This document shows, one piece after another, positions 1-14,149 of a DNA stretch of 64,000 nucleotides (position 1 is its first letter; each line of letters opens with the position of its first letter). The DNA comes from Lama glama (lineage: Eukaryota). The stretch is from NCBI GenBank assembly GCA_028534125.1, contig CM052818.1, forward strand, positions 7,938,001-8,002,000, written 5' to 3'. The notes under the pieces are model-generated. The model saw only the letters and a program-made list of their open reading frames with translations, was not told where the DNA came from and did not search any database. Both the position numbers and the translations under genes were made by a program.

Positions 1-1178
1 GAAGAGAGAGCCAGAGGACAAAAAGAATCTTGGGATGGGGTTCAAAAGGACTCCTAAGACCAGGGCAGGTGAGGACAGGTTGTGCTGTTGTGTTAACAAA
101 GATTAGCACAGGAACAAGGTGCCCCTGTCCCAGGCCAAGATAGCTGGTAAACTCAGGGTAAATGAGATCACACACACCCTGGGCAAGAAGTTGGGTAGCC
201 CCAGATCTTAGAGTTGATTGAATATTTACTACATTTTAAACCAAACTGAGTTAAAACAAAGAGGCAGGATTGAACATTTTCTATAATCAAGGGAATGAGC
301 ATCCAAGTGCTAAATTGAATTCAGTTATAGCACCCTTGTTAGGTAAATTTTATAGCACTGTAATACTCTTTACAGTACATTTTTATCTTGTAGGGAATCA
401 CCCCTCTGTAGCTTGGTCAAACTTGGGAACCCGTAAAGCGAATCCAGCCTTACATCCAATAGGAACTATGGAGAAAGGTGAAACCCACTGCAACAGAAAC
501 TAGAAAATGGAACAAACCAATTCATGAGAGTAATTACAAAGGAGTTTGGTCAGGTTGCCTCAGATGGGGAAGCTGAGTGCCAGGCCCTTGTGGAGTTTCT
601 ATAGGAGGTACAGCTATATGGTGGGAAGTGCTCCCTTGTCTTCACAGCAAATTCACTTGGTGAGTAATGGGTTGTGAGAAGCTGCTGTTGAGGGTAGGGA
701 GCTCAGAGATGACTCTTCAGAAGTTCTGTTAAGAGGGCCTTTTGTGGAGAGCATAGCTGACTGACACTTTCCAGCTGCTCCCATTCAGTGACTGGGCACA
801 GTGGGGGAACTCCAATTACCCAGTGGGAGATTTCCCTGATGGACAATTTTGGCCCAGAGATTCCCCACCAATCTGACCAAAAGTTGTTCAGACCTTCTCT
901 GTGTTTGAGGGTCTTTCTACCCTATTTCCTTCCTTCCCTTCTTTCATAGGCGTCAGACCTACACTGGATAGCCTGATGATGGCACTTCCTACTGAATTCT
1001 ACTTTCTCCCACCTTACTTTTCACAGGCATTTCCCCAATAAGTCTCTTGCATATCTAATCTCAACTTGGCCTCTGCTTAAAAACTCAGTATGGCATAATT
1101 GTCCAAGTGGGTGTGGTGCCTTAATATCTCCTCTCCATTCTAACCATCCTCTCCTGGACACACACATCTACATATATA

Positions 1179-1553
1179 CAGTAATCTCTCAGTATCTGCC
1201 AGGGATTGGTTCCAGGACCCTCCACAGATACCAAAACCCACAGATGCTCAAGTCCCTTATATAAAATGGTGTAGTATTTGCATATAACCTTACACATCCT
1301 CCTGTAAACTTTGAATGTCTTTACAACTTTAAATCTCTTTCAATCTCTAGATTACTTAAAATACCTAATACAATGTAAATGCTATGTAAATAGTTGTAAA
1401 TGCAATGTAAATACTATGTAAATAGTTGCCAGCATACGAATTCAAGTTTTGCTTTTTGGAACTTCCTGGAATTTTTTTTTTCAAAAAAAAATTTTTGATT
1501 CATGGTTGGTTGAACCTGTGGAAGCAGAAACCACAGATACAATGGGCCAACTG
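1179..1553. mobile_element. MER2-like TcMar-Tigger MITE
   Basis: TA|CAGT ... ACTG termini; recognisable core ggattggttccaggaccc ... gatgctcaagtcccttatataaaatgg. Confidence 0.8.
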
Positions 1554-1804
1554 TGTACATTTATCAAACACTTATATTCCAGGTGCTAGGCTAATTAATT
1601 CACATTCATTATCTTGTTTAATTCTTACAATTATGTTTTGAGGTAAATACCGTTATTGGCAATGTTTTAAGAGGAAACAGAGAAGGGCTGAACAATTCAT
1701 CCAGTATGACACAACTGGACAGATATACCAGGTTAGAGATGTGACACTCTCTCAGCTGTGCTAAGTGGCCCCTAGTGGCAGCTGCAGGTATCTATCAAGG
1801 GCAC

Positions 1805-2003
1805 CAGTAAGAAAGTAGATCTTAAAAATTCTCATTACAAAAAATTGTATATAAAAAAAAAAGTAACTGTGTTGTGGCAGATGTTAACTAGACTTACTAT
1901 GGTGATCATTTCACAATGTATCCAGATATTGAATCAATACATTGTATACCTGAAACTAGCAAAATGTTTTACATCAATTATATCTCAGTTAAAAAAAGGA
2001 AAA
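1805..2003 (+). mobile_element. L1 3' end fragment
   Basis: gtagatcttaaaa ... ggtgatcatttcacaatgtat ... cctgaaact, then an A-rich tail. Confidence 0.7.
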
Positions 2004-2389
2004 AAGAGCATCCGGACCTGTGGCTAACAACTCTAGGTTTCTCCCCAGTTCTTCTGCCTGCCTTCCTCTTGCTCTGGTCTGCTCTCCTCTGTTTCCATCC
2101 ATTGCCTTCTGCCCGGCCCATTTGGGTGGTACCTGCCTAATTTTGATCTTGATTTGGGACTATCCCTGGCCTCCTTGATTTTTATTTTATTTTGCCCCTG
2201 GCCTCCTTTCAATCACCCCTTTACTGTGCAGTTTAGAGCCCAGTTCTGTTTGGACCCTCAGCCCAGCTTGTCTCCTCAGCATTCTGTCTCTATTCTTCCT
2301 CCACCTTTTACTCCCCAAACCCTCTTCATCATTTCTTGTGGCAGCAATTTACTGAAGGGGGGTCATATTGAGTAAAAACTGAGGACATC

Positions 2390-3550
2390 TGGTTATATGC
2401 CCCCAAAGAATTGAAAAACAGGTGTTCAAGCAAAAACTTGTACACAAATGGTCATAGCAGCATTACTCATAATAGCCAAAAAGTGGAAACAACCCAAATG
2501 TCCATCAACTGATGAATAGATAAACAAAATATGGCAATACAGCCGAATCTCATTGTTCACAGTGGTTATGTTCTATTAAGTCACCACAAACCCTGAATTA
2601 GCAAATACTGAGCCTTTTCTCCTAGAGGAAATACAAGGTTAGTTTCCTTCAAGCCTCTGGTTATAACATTTTTCTCAACTGTCCAGTACCTGACCTTGTC
2701 TTATAGGTGTTTCTGTTTAAAAACACTTAACTGTATATTGTTTATTCATTAACATTGAACTCATGACCAACAGCATGACAGCTCATTCCTGAATTCAGCT
2801 TACCTAACACACATATTTTCTCATAAGTCACTTCACAGCCATCTTGCACTAAACCCTGGAACACTAGACAGCACTCCAGCACTATACTTGGGGGACTTTT
2901 TAAACAGTGAAGTCACCAACAAAAAGCCCCAAAATACAAAAAATAGGGTGTGAAAAGCACATGTGCAGTATGAGAGCTGAAATGAGAGTGTTTCTTTATT
3001 CTACCTCAGCTGGGAACATGCGTACCTGGTGACAAAGTCTTCACCACTCTGCATGTGTGTGAATGGCCACAAAAGCAGCATGAATATTAATTTTAGGTTA
3101 CAAATAAATTTTTATCAGGTTATCAAATTTGCAAATATGAAATCCACAAATAATGAGGAGTAACTGACCATACAATGGAGTATTATTCAGCCATAAAAAG
3201 AATAAAGTACATTTGTATGTGATAATGGGGATGAACCTTGAAAACATTTTGTTACCTGAAGAAAGCAGACACAAAAGGCCACATATTGTATGATTCATTT
3301 ATATGAAATATTCAGAATAAGTAAATCCATAAAGACAAAGCATATTAGTGGTTGCCTTGGGCTGGGGAGGAGATGGGAAAGGCAAGCGATTGCTTAATGG
3401 GTACAGGATTTCCTTTTGGGATGATGAAAATGTTCTGGAACTAGATAGTGGTGATGTTTGCACAACACTGTGAATGTACTAAATATCACTGAAGTTTACA
3501 GTTTAAAGTGGTAAATTGTATGTTATGTATATTTTACCACAATTTAAAAA
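2390..3550 (+). mobile_element. Old L1 (L1MB-like) 3' region interrupted by a DNA transposon
   Basis: catagcagcattactcataatagccaaaaagtggaaacaacccaaatgtccatcaactgatga; the L1 resumes near 3168 with catacaatggagtattattcagcc. Confidence 0.8.
2540..3166. mobile_element. MER82-like TcMar-Tigger element nested in L1
   Basis: Inverted termini cagccgaatctcattgtt ... aataatgaggagtaactg; interior matches the recalled MER82 consensus. Confidence 0.7.
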
Positions 3551-6500
3551 ATTAGAAAATCTTAGATTCTCAAAGAAATAAAATAAGCCTTCTTGTTTAG
3601 GAGGCTATATATTTGGTAGACTTCTTTAAACAAGAGAAAATACTATGGTTTGCATGTTTCCTATGCTAAGTATTCCTATGCCAGCGTCCCTAAATATATG
3701 TTCATTATGTTCCCATGCTCTAATGTATGTGGAAATTATAAGCTCATTAAAGTAATTCTTCTCAGAAAAACAACAAAGCTAAGGACATTTCCTTAGACTG
3801 AACTCAGTTTTATTTCTTGGTCCAAGATAAGCTGTACAAGTATTGAGCTTTTTCATCACTCTAATGCAAGAATCCAGAATCTTCAAGAATGGCTGTATAA
3901 AGGCTTCCTAAATGTCATTCCACGTAGGTTTCTTCCATTGGATAGGGCAATTCAAGGTCAAAGCTGCTAGGAAGAAATTGAGAACATGTGCTCCATATCT
4001 TGCTTGGTTAGACCCCTATAATGTAGTGATCAAAGTTGATGCTGCTATTGACTCCTTTCTAATGGAATTCGAGAAGTAAAACCAAGCCTTTTGCCTGGAG
4101 AAATGGGTATCCCACCTACCCCCGGAAATGGACTGAGGGGGTGCCCACAAACAAAGCCAGAACTGCTGCATTCAAGCATGAGAATGACCTGTCTGGCCAC
4201 CGAAGCTTTTGTATCACACCCAGAGCACAATGAAGGTTGTCTAAGTATAATTAAACAAACTTTGATTTAGGGCACTGCCTTGTACATGATGAGTAGCGAG
4301 AGCTAAGATTTCCTGCTTCTGCTAGTGCTTAGAGATTATGTTAGTCTTGGAAGCAGTCACCAAATTGGGATTAAATATGTAAGGATTTTATTAGAAAGGA
4401 CCACCTGTGAAAGAAAACATGCAAGGAGCCCAACAAGGCTGGGAGAGTCACCAATTTATGAAGCAAGTCTGACCCCAGGGGAGGAAGAGAGAGAGAAGGA
4501 AGGATGGGTGGAAGCATCTTAGATGCCATAGTCTAAGAAAGGTTCAGCAAGGCTCTTGGGGAGCCAAAATCATCATCAGAAGATTTCTGTGTCTCCCAGA
4601 AGTGAGCCTGCCTTAGTGTCCCTGCTGTACTTTGTCGCTGACTGGGAGCAAGCAGCCTGTGGGAAGCCTGGTCTCAGAACAAATGCAATGGTGGATTTCA
4701 GAGCACAGGAGCTGGGCCTCCATCCAGTCGCACTGTCAGTAGTTGGAGGTCTGGTAGGCACATTCTCATGGCAGTCACAGGGACAGGAGAGGGCTGTGTG
4801 AGCACACGGAGGATCCTAACTGCCTTCCTGGGAACTCTGGGTGCTACTTCGATCTCTCTCAAAATCTCAAAAGCTGAGCCTGAGTGGGGACAGAATTAAT
4901 GGTCCCAACTATGCAAAGAGGTGAACTCTTTCACTGCCTTCTCTGCAAAATGCTCTATGCGTAGCAGTGGCAACTATGCTTGTTCATTGGTTACTCAGAA
5001 GCAATAACATTTTTTAGGCTTCTTTTTCTCCAGTTGTCTTCTTTTTCCTTTTCCTACTTCTCTCTCTCTCTGTCTCTCTCTGTCTCTGTCTCATTTCAAA
5101 TTTTTGCCTTAGATTCGCCCCCGTTACCCCAGGTAATAAGAGGTCACTGACCCCTGTTATCTACAATATTAACTCAGTTCAGAGGTGAGTGTGATTCAGA
5201 AGCCATTTCTGATCAGGTCCCAGACCTCGATGAAGGTTGATAAAGGGCAGATGGGAACACAGTCTCCAGCAACTGGAGGCTCTCATCACTTCTTTCTTCC
5301 ATCTCATTTGCTCTCATATTCCCTGTTTTTATACTACCTTCCCTCCACCCTTTCCCCTACATACATTCCCCTCTGGACACTCACATTCCTATAATCTTCC
5401 TCCTGCTTGCGATTTTCAGTAGGATCTGACCGAAAAGATACCCCTATAGCTTCTCCCGATGGAACCAGACCTGACTTTGGACAGGAGGGAAAAACCCAGA
5501 AGCTACCTTTCCCAGTGTAGTCGGTCCTAATGTTCGCAGCTCCCTACACTAGATCCCAGGATCCCACCTTCCCTGGGTCCTAACACTATTTAAGGTTCAT
5601 GTGAAGTCTCCTTGGTGGGCAGTCACTGGGGTGGGAGAACTGAGGGAAAGGGGCTGTGTGGCCAGAGCCCAAGCAAGTCAGGCAGCACTGGGCATGTAGC
5701 GAGGCCAGGTCTGCAGCAGATCTGAGGGGGGAGACGGGTCACATAAAAGCCTGGTACCCTGAAAGAGCTTTCTAAGAGTCAAGATTCATAAAATTATATC
5801 AAGTTAGAGCCTCTGAAAAACTATATTCCTGTAGGTGGTGGCAATATACTCCAGCCATTACAGATGTGTTCTCTGTGGTTGAATATCAAAGAAATGGGGA
5901 GCTTAGAGGATCAGGACTTTAGTACCCATTTGTTATTTTTATCAGTAATACCTGAAAACTGTTACCATGCCCTTTATTAGTTGACCTCATTTAATCCTCA
6001 CAGCAATCCTAAGAGGGAGGTACCATTAGCATCCCCTTCCTGCAGCTGAAGAATTTGAGGCTTAGAGACATTAAAAGCTTCTTGGAGTTTACATAACTGG
6101 TAGGGCAGCAGACCAGGACTCCAACCAGGGGCTGCACGTGCTGTCACGCAGGCTGCGTATTCGACAACTCCTGGGATATCTATTCACATAGGCGCGCACT
6201 GGAGTTGGGCAGTGCAAGAGTCCTGACAAAGCAGAGTGCTTAAGCACACCACTGGGCTTTTGAGTAAATGTGAGTAACAAGAGAAGAGCTTTTTAAGTGT
6301 ATGTAATTAAAAATTAAACCTTGTAGAAGAATCAGATTGCTTAGATTGCATTTAAGCAGGTAGCCATATTGTGTTTAGATTTTTTATTACTTCACGCTGT
6401 GCAGGCTTTAGCTGCTGTTTGTGTCCTGCCAGACTTCATGGTTTTATCTTCTGGAGTTCCAAAGGGAATGGGTAGAGGCCATAGAAGTCAAAATTGAATC

Positions 6501-9182
6501 TCTCCCCCAATAGTCTGCCTGGGTGTGGCTGTTGGGACACTTTTATAGACAGTCATTTCAGACAAGAACAAATGCGTGGTTGACCTATGCATCCTGAGGA
6601 AGTTCACCTAACAACTGCCAAGTTTTGAGCATTTGAGATCACTAGGATCTGGCTGAAAGGATGCTGGCAGCAGTTTCCATTGCCTGTGCTTTCCCTCCTG
6701 GGAAAGGAGAATTATTACAGAGAGCCATTAGTGTCCTCACAAATACACCAGCAATAATTTATGGTGATAGATCAAAATCAGATTTAGATCTAATGCCTGT
6801 CTATTAGAATCTCCTACAAAATAAGTAAAGATACATAACCTAGGAAAGAAGCAGTAATTAGGAAGAGAAACGTGGGGAGCAGGAAGGAGTCCAGAATGTG
6901 TGAATATCTGCTGGGAGCCCTAAGAAATATGCAAGAAGGGACTGGATTTCTAGCTGTAAAGTGTGGGGCTCGACGTACTTTACTTGACTACTAAAGGAAG
7001 GAAGCCTGGGGAACTTGAAGACACTAGGTGTCACTAGCTGGAATGGAGAGGGTGTAGCAAAATATTAGCTACAGCTTTTCTCCCTGGGTTATATCACGTG
7101 ACCCTCTCCTTATACATTTTCCCTGCTCCTCCCCATTTTCCACCTTATCCTACAAAAGATACCCACAGAGGAAAAATAAGTTTAATGCAGCTCTGGAAAA
7201 AGAAAGAAAGAGAAGAAAAAAGAGACAAAGAGAGCAAGAAAACAGGGGGAAAACACTAGAAAGTTTCTGAACTGCTTTGGATGTGCATAGTCTAACCACT
7301 CCTCGAAAAGCAGGAAGGAAAAAAAAACAACCAAACCCACAAGCAGTTAGCCATTTTCATTAAAATGTTAGAAAAACAGCATTTCAGTGTTCCATCTACT
7401 GAGCCAGAAGTTGCTGGATTATTTGTTCAGGCTTTTCCATTCACTTTGTTTGCAACATGAAGTGCTCACCTATCCCGACCCCTCTGCCAGCCCTGTCCTG
7501 CCCAAGGAACCAAGTCCATCGCCAAGTCCATGGGCATGAGAAGTGGGCATTTGAATGTCACTGGCCAAATTCTGAGACGCTACAGTGTCAGTGAGAGACC
7601 AAAAGATACATTTGCTCAGGAGTCCACACATTTTCTTAATAGCCTTATTGAGGCATAATTGATGTGCAATAAGCTGCACTTATTTAAAGTTTGCAATTTG
7701 TTAAGCTTTCACAGATGTGTACACCCCCCTGAAATCACCACTACAATCAAGATAGGGGCCCACCATTTTAATAAACACTTATGGCTGTTTCCACAAGACA
7801 GATATCTTTTGAGTCAAGTATCTCATCAAATGAAATAAACTTGCTAAAATCCTCTAACAAAAAGCATCTGCATTGTGACTACCTATGTCCCCGTTTTTGT
7901 GGATTTGTTGGGCTTTATCAGTGGGAAATTTGAAAGGATTCCAAGGTTGATCTCCTTGATTCTCCAGAGGAGAACGTCTGGCACATGGAAGGTGTGGACT
8001 ATTTGTGTGCAGTAGGACTCACGGTGAGGTTCCTACACACTCAGCATGGGCTCTCACAATGTTAAGCAGATGAAAGTGGTGGAGTAGAAACAGAAGGAAG
8101 TGGAAAATACCCAGGGCTAAGCAACTTGGCTGAAGCAGGAACTTCAAAAGGCCCCGGCAGCCAGGTGGTCACACTCTGGGAGAATCAGTCATTAGCACAC
8201 GGAACTAAACTATTTCCAGCCTGAAGGCGGGAGCATAAAACTCAGTCCTGTTGGGTCACGTAAGAAATGAATTCACTGAAACAGTAGGGAAGTTTGAAAA
8301 GGAATAAAGCATTTCTTTCAAACTAGAGTTTTAAACATACATAGGAAACCTATTCCACGTTCTCAGTCAAACATCTTGGCTTTCAGAGTTTATCTGTTTC
8401 TGAAATAGAGCAACTGGCCCGAGCAAAGAGAAATGAAAACACAGCAGGCACTGAAATCAGCCTTGTATATCCTACTCCTTCCTGCTGTACAGCTCAAAAA
8501 CTCTATCTGAATTTGCAGTTATTTGAGCTCTTGCATTTTAGAAGAGAATCTCCAGACAGAGGAAGAAAGGCATTTCATTTTCAAGGAACGAAAGTGTCTG
8601 AAGTGTTCTCTTACTCACTTGAGTAACATTAACAACCCTGAGGGGTATATGGAAAGGCCCTTAGTGATCTAAAATTATGTCTTCATTTTGAGCACAGAAA
8701 CCTCAGCGTAAATATCCTACCCTGAATTTCTCACAGTGACAATCACTATGGCAACACCACCACACATTATACAAATGTCTGCCCAAAACCAGTTGTTGAC
8801 TTTAAATCACAATTTCTAAAGATCTGGCTACACACATAGGAAATAACACCATCAAACTGTAAAATTTCTACTTATACCATGGGGTGCTTGGTAAAGCCTA
8901 CACAGGGTATAGAGATGTATAGAGATGGTTCCTCCATGTATAGAGATGGCTATACATTTCCTATTACATCAAACATACAGAGAATTGTCTACCCGTGTTC
9001 CCTCCATGTCCTCTTCTAAGCATCTTTCCAATGTCAACTTCTTTATAATCTGTGTCTGCCAGCATTATGCTATTGAAATTGTCCTCGCCAATCTCAGGAA
9101 ACTCCTAGTTGCCAAATCTGATAGTTCATTTTCAGCCTTCATCCTTCTTGACATTTCCACAGCATTTGTATATTTGACCACT

Positions 9183-9635
9183 GTTGTGAGTTGAATTATG
9201 TCCCCCAGTTTCACATGGCGAAGTTTTAACCCCAAGTATCTCAGCATATGATCTGATTTGGAAGAAGGGGCACTGCAGCTGTAAATTAGTTACAATGACG
9301 TCATGCTGGAGTAGGCTGGTGGCATCATCCTAAAAAGGGGAAATTTGAAGACAGATATAAACAGAGGGAAGTCTGTATGAAGAGAAAGAGGGAGAATGCC
9401 ATGTGAAGGCAGAAATCAGGGTGGTGCCAAGGAATGCCAAAGACGGCTGGCAAAGTACTAGAAGCTCAGGGAGAAGCATGAAATAGGTCCTTCCCTCACA
9501 GCCCTAGAAGGAACCGGCCCTGCCGACACCTTCATCACAGACGCCCAATTTCTAAAAGTGTGAGACAGTCAATGTCTGTTGTTTAAGCTACCCAGTGTGC
9601 AGTACTTTGTTACAGCAGCCCCCAGACACTTATAC
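9183..9635 (+). mobile_element. MLT1 (ERVL-MaLR) solo LTR within an L2 remnant
   Basis: tgttgtgagttgaattatgtcccc ... gtactttgttacagcagccc ... taca. Confidence 0.8.
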
Positions 9636-12618
9636 AACTACTTTTCTTACCCTAGGACTTCTGATAGAGAGTGTACTCTCTTTGAGGTCCGTCCAGCTCT
9701 ATGATTGTTTATTTCTTCTCAATCCATTTCACTTCCTCTGTCTACTCCCTCCATGACTGTGTTTCCTAGAATTCCACCTTCGTCCTCTCCGTGGAGAGGC
9801 AGTATAGTGTATTTTGCAGTCAGCCCTCCTTGCTGGGTGACCTCGGGCAATGTGTCTGATCACTCTATTGGGTCAGTTTCCCTACCTGCAAACCAGTAGT
9901 TTCTACTTGAGGCAACTAAGAATGACTATCCATTTCCCAAACATATGTGCTCCTTATTAAAAAAAAAAAAGAGTTGTTAATTAAGAGTTGTTCTAAGGAG
10001 TGAATTATTTTGAAGATGTAAAGTGCTGAACATAAAAGTGCTCAGTAAACATTTACTGTACTTGTTATCTTCTGTCCTTACTTCCATATGTCTTTCATCG
10101 TCTCAGCTTCTATTCTTGCAGTGGACATTTGTTACTCCTTTTGGCCACAATGCACATTGAACCTTCTTTCCCCGCCTTAAAAAGCCCTGCCTCCTACTGT
10201 CCAGGCCATATTGATAGTCACATTTCCAGCCTCCCTTGCAGCTAAGACATAGGCATTTCCGGTGCCTATGGCATAGGTTGGTGGTACCAGCTGCAGAGGC
10301 AGGGCCCATCCCTACACTGTGAGTTGGGAATTGTTTCTTGTCATATAGTCTCTAAGCTTGGCTCTCTTGTCTTCCTGGAGATTCTGTAAGTTACCTATTA
10401 TCTCTAATAAATTATTTCCTGCTTAAACTAACTGGGGTTGGTTTCTGTTGTAACAACAGAACCTTGGTGGCTGCAACTTTAGTTTTAAAGACCACTTAGA
10501 TGCTGATGATCGCCAAACCTGGAACTTCAGCCTCTACTTTTCACTTGGAATTCTATCTGGACCTCTCCACCTCTGTGTTCTAAAAATGACCTGAGACAAA
10601 CATGTGCAGAACGAAATGGAATGATTTAATGGTCTCAAGTCTCCCTAAACTATATTTTCTCAGTTTAATGGAATTACCAGATAGTTAAATGCCCCTCAGT
10701 AGAGCTTGAGTTAGGTGTGGGATGGGTGTCAATATAGGAGGGCAAATGCCCAACTTCCCAAACTAGGAAAAAAAAATTGTTTTTATTGAAAACATGAAAA
10801 AAAAATTAAGTACATGAAATCAACACCAATTATCCAATGAAAATATTCCAGTTCTAGTTGTTTCATAATAGTATGAGTCACAAATATTTTGATCAAACTA
10901 TAAGGTAAGAGCCCATTATGACAGAATCCAATGAATCTATAACCTCCCTCCAAACGTTTTAGTTATACAACACCTAACTTAGAAATCTGAGACACTCTGA
11001 GTCCAACCAGATTGTGAAAACACCACGTACAGAATCTTAAAACTGCCTAAATTCACCCTTCTGTCCTTTCCCTGTTTCTGTTGCTATGGTTTAACCCTCT
11101 CTCCTCTGTAACATGCACTTGCCACTTTATGGGGGATTCTGTTTCTGCTCCCTCCCTTGCCACTCAGTCTGGGTCAGGCTGGGAGCCAATCCACACCAGA
11201 GTTCACTATTGCTCTCTCTTCCTTCTCTCCCTTCCAGGGATCTGTATCTAATCTTAACGGAGAGGAGGAGTACATTGTGTAATTTGTTTTATAAGATCAT
11301 GTAGTTTCCAAATATTTGTTTCAAGTCTGAACCAGAGTTCTTGAAAACCTTGTCATCTTTGTTCTCTGATTCTCTGGTAATAAAATTTTCCCAGATAATA
11401 GTGATCCTGTGTGTAGCTGCCAAGTTTGGTGAGTGCAGAGGGCAGGGCACAGGAAACCTATCAGTTAATACTTAAAAATATTATCTCACTACACACAAGA
11501 TGCTCTCCTGAATCTCGCATCTACAGAAGTTCTATGTGTGAGAGGAGCTCAGGAAAGCAGCCAAAGGATCGCTGAGCTGTATGCCAGGAATGACCAAATG
11601 GAAGCACGTATGACGTGGAGTAGTGAGGCTGTTCCCCTTGGGGTATCTAGTGGCCCATGCGCCTTTGGTCTCTTGACCACAGTGGCGTCTGTGGGCAAAG
11701 GTTTGAGAGGCCACTTGGAGGGGTGCAGGGAGCACTGTTTTTGGACTCATGAAGGGAGCTAACACTTACTGGATACCTCCTGCTGGGACGCAGCACTCCA
11801 TGAGTATTTTTACATTTCTGCACTATCTGGGCTTTGTGAACAAAGAGCGCCAGCAAACTTTGTTAAAGGCTGATTTGATGGCAAATGTGCCTAGGAAGTT
11901 AGAGATAAAGTATTTTTCTGGAGTGATTTTGAGACTTATTTTCCCTGGAGCCATTTGCTCCTCCCCTGGAAACATTTATTTACATTCCAGAGTAAAGATA
12001 AGGTATACCTGTCTATCCATCTCTTGACAGAACAATGGGCAGATGTACCAGCAGCCTTATATAAGCTCCAAGTTTCATAATTTTGGGTTTCTTCCCCGGG
12101 GTGTAACCCTCTTGCTCATGCATTGTAGCATTAGGCTCTTACTATGTTGCCCTGTGGCGTTTGGACCTGGGGAACCCGTTCTAAGATGCAGTGTGAGGGA
12201 TAAATGGTCTGTTTTCTGATCCAGAGATCTCATGTTTCTTGTCAGAATATGAACGAATACATATATACATACATGCACAGATACACACATACACAGACCA
12301 TGTGGCAAACCTAGCACTATCTAATTAAATCCCCAACAACAACAAAAAGGTCAAGCGGTATGAACTATTATTACCACAGATGAGGAAACTAATGTTTAAT
12401 AAAGTAGCTATTTGCCTGAAGTCAATCTGATGGGTGGCAGAGCTGGGTTCAAATCCAATTAAACAGTCTTCAAGGAAGGAAATCCTGCCAACAACCACTT
12501 GAGCTAGACCTGGAGGAAGTGAGCTGGTCTCCAATGTGGCCTCAGACCAGGCGCTGAGGATGGAGATGGCCATTATGGGACACTGTGGAAGTTTATGGGT
12601 CTGTAGTTAGCAGAATCT

Positions 12619-13080
12619 GGTATTAGTCTTGTGACTGCTCTCACAAACTACTGCATACTGAATGATTTAAAATGACAGAAGTTTATCCTCTCACAGTTCT
12701 GTAAGCCAGAAGTCCAAAAGCAAAGTGTCCTCTTTCCCCAGGCTCTAGGGGAGAATCCACACTTTGCCTCTTCCAGCCTCTGGTGGCTGCAGGCGTTCCT
12801 TCATTTGTGACCACAACACTCCAACCTCTGTCTCCATGGTCACATTGCCTCCTCTTCTCTGTGTGTCTGTCTCTCCTGTGTTTTTCAGTCTAATCTCCCT
12901 TTCTCTTATAAGGATACATGTGATTATGTTTAGGGTCCACCTAGGTAATCCAGGAGAAGCTCTTCTTCTCAAGATCCTTAACTTAAAATTACGTCTGTAA
13001 AGACCTTTTTTCCATAAGGTGACATTCACGGGTTCCAGAGATTAGTATGTGTCTTTTTAGGGGTCACCATGCAGCCCACT
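12619..13080 (-). mobile_element. MLT1 (ERVL-MaLR) solo LTR
   Basis: tattagtc ... cagaagtttatcctctcacagttctg ... aaggtgacattcac; accounts for ORFs 12745-13029 and 12764-13000. Confidence 0.8.
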
Positions 13081-14149
13081 TTATCTAGTTTTATTCATTT
13101 TTTTTCTCTTGAGCATTGTAATTTCTTTCTGTCATCCTGAGCTTTTCAGTCAAGTGTGGTCAGATTTAGTCTTGTTTTGGCTGAGAAACTCATTACTTGA
13201 GATGAAGTTGTAAGCAGAAGTCCAGCTGAATGTGGAAATCAGCGAGACGAGGCCTGGAGAGAGGGAAGCAGTGAGCCAGAGTGGGCCAATTGAATGAGAT
13301 GATCAATAAAAAGCAGTCCAGACTCATGGACTCTATCAGCATTTCCCAGGAGTTCCCAGGAACACTCAGATCAGAGAAACCAATAAACCATGGGACTTTC
13401 TGCCATCACACAGGATTGGGAGGGGTGGTGCAAATTATTGTTATTTGGGCATTTAAAGGAATTGTAGCTAAGCCCTGACTTCGGAAACTATCAGGATGCA
13501 TGTGTTTCCAGAGTGTCTTGATTTTATAATAAACAAGGATAAGCATTATTTTTGAAGTCTTCTTTTGATTGAAATACTCAATTCAGTCAAAATACTCAAT
13601 TCTATTTTGAATGGTTTCTTCTTTTCTGTTCTCTGTTGTCCATCCTAGGAAGGCACTTTCTCTCACTACTAGATCCAAGTGATCTTTCCGCATAGTCAGT
13701 ACATAGAGCAGATTGCTTCATCACAGAAATGGAGCAGAAAAGCACATGGCTGCAAAACAGCTGGCACATCCCAGAAAGGACTTTCTTAAACCACCTACTC
13801 TTTTTCCAAAAATGCATTTTGACATTGCACAGAGATTATCCAGGGCAGAGATCATCTGGACCTTGGACACTCCTTGCACTATTGCAGGGTATATATGAAG
13901 AAACTCTATCCAAGCCATTTAAATCACTGGGATTTTTTTTTAACCAAGAGTTAATCAGAGTTATAATGCAAAGCAATTGCTCTATTCAATGCAATGGAAA
14001 TAGAGAACACTATTCAGACCAATAGAGAACAATGAGTGTATGTATTTTTTTCCATAAACAGAATATTTTATTTATTTATTTTTTAACATTTTAAAAATTG
14101 AATTATAGTCATTTTACAATGTCATGTCAAATTAACAATGAGTATATTT

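Noticed and set aside
8908..8958. TATAGAGATG repeated three times with an 8-bp hairpin (ATGTATAG...CTATACAT)
   Set aside because: Too short and without context; consistent with local slippage and not a CRISPR-like or functional array.
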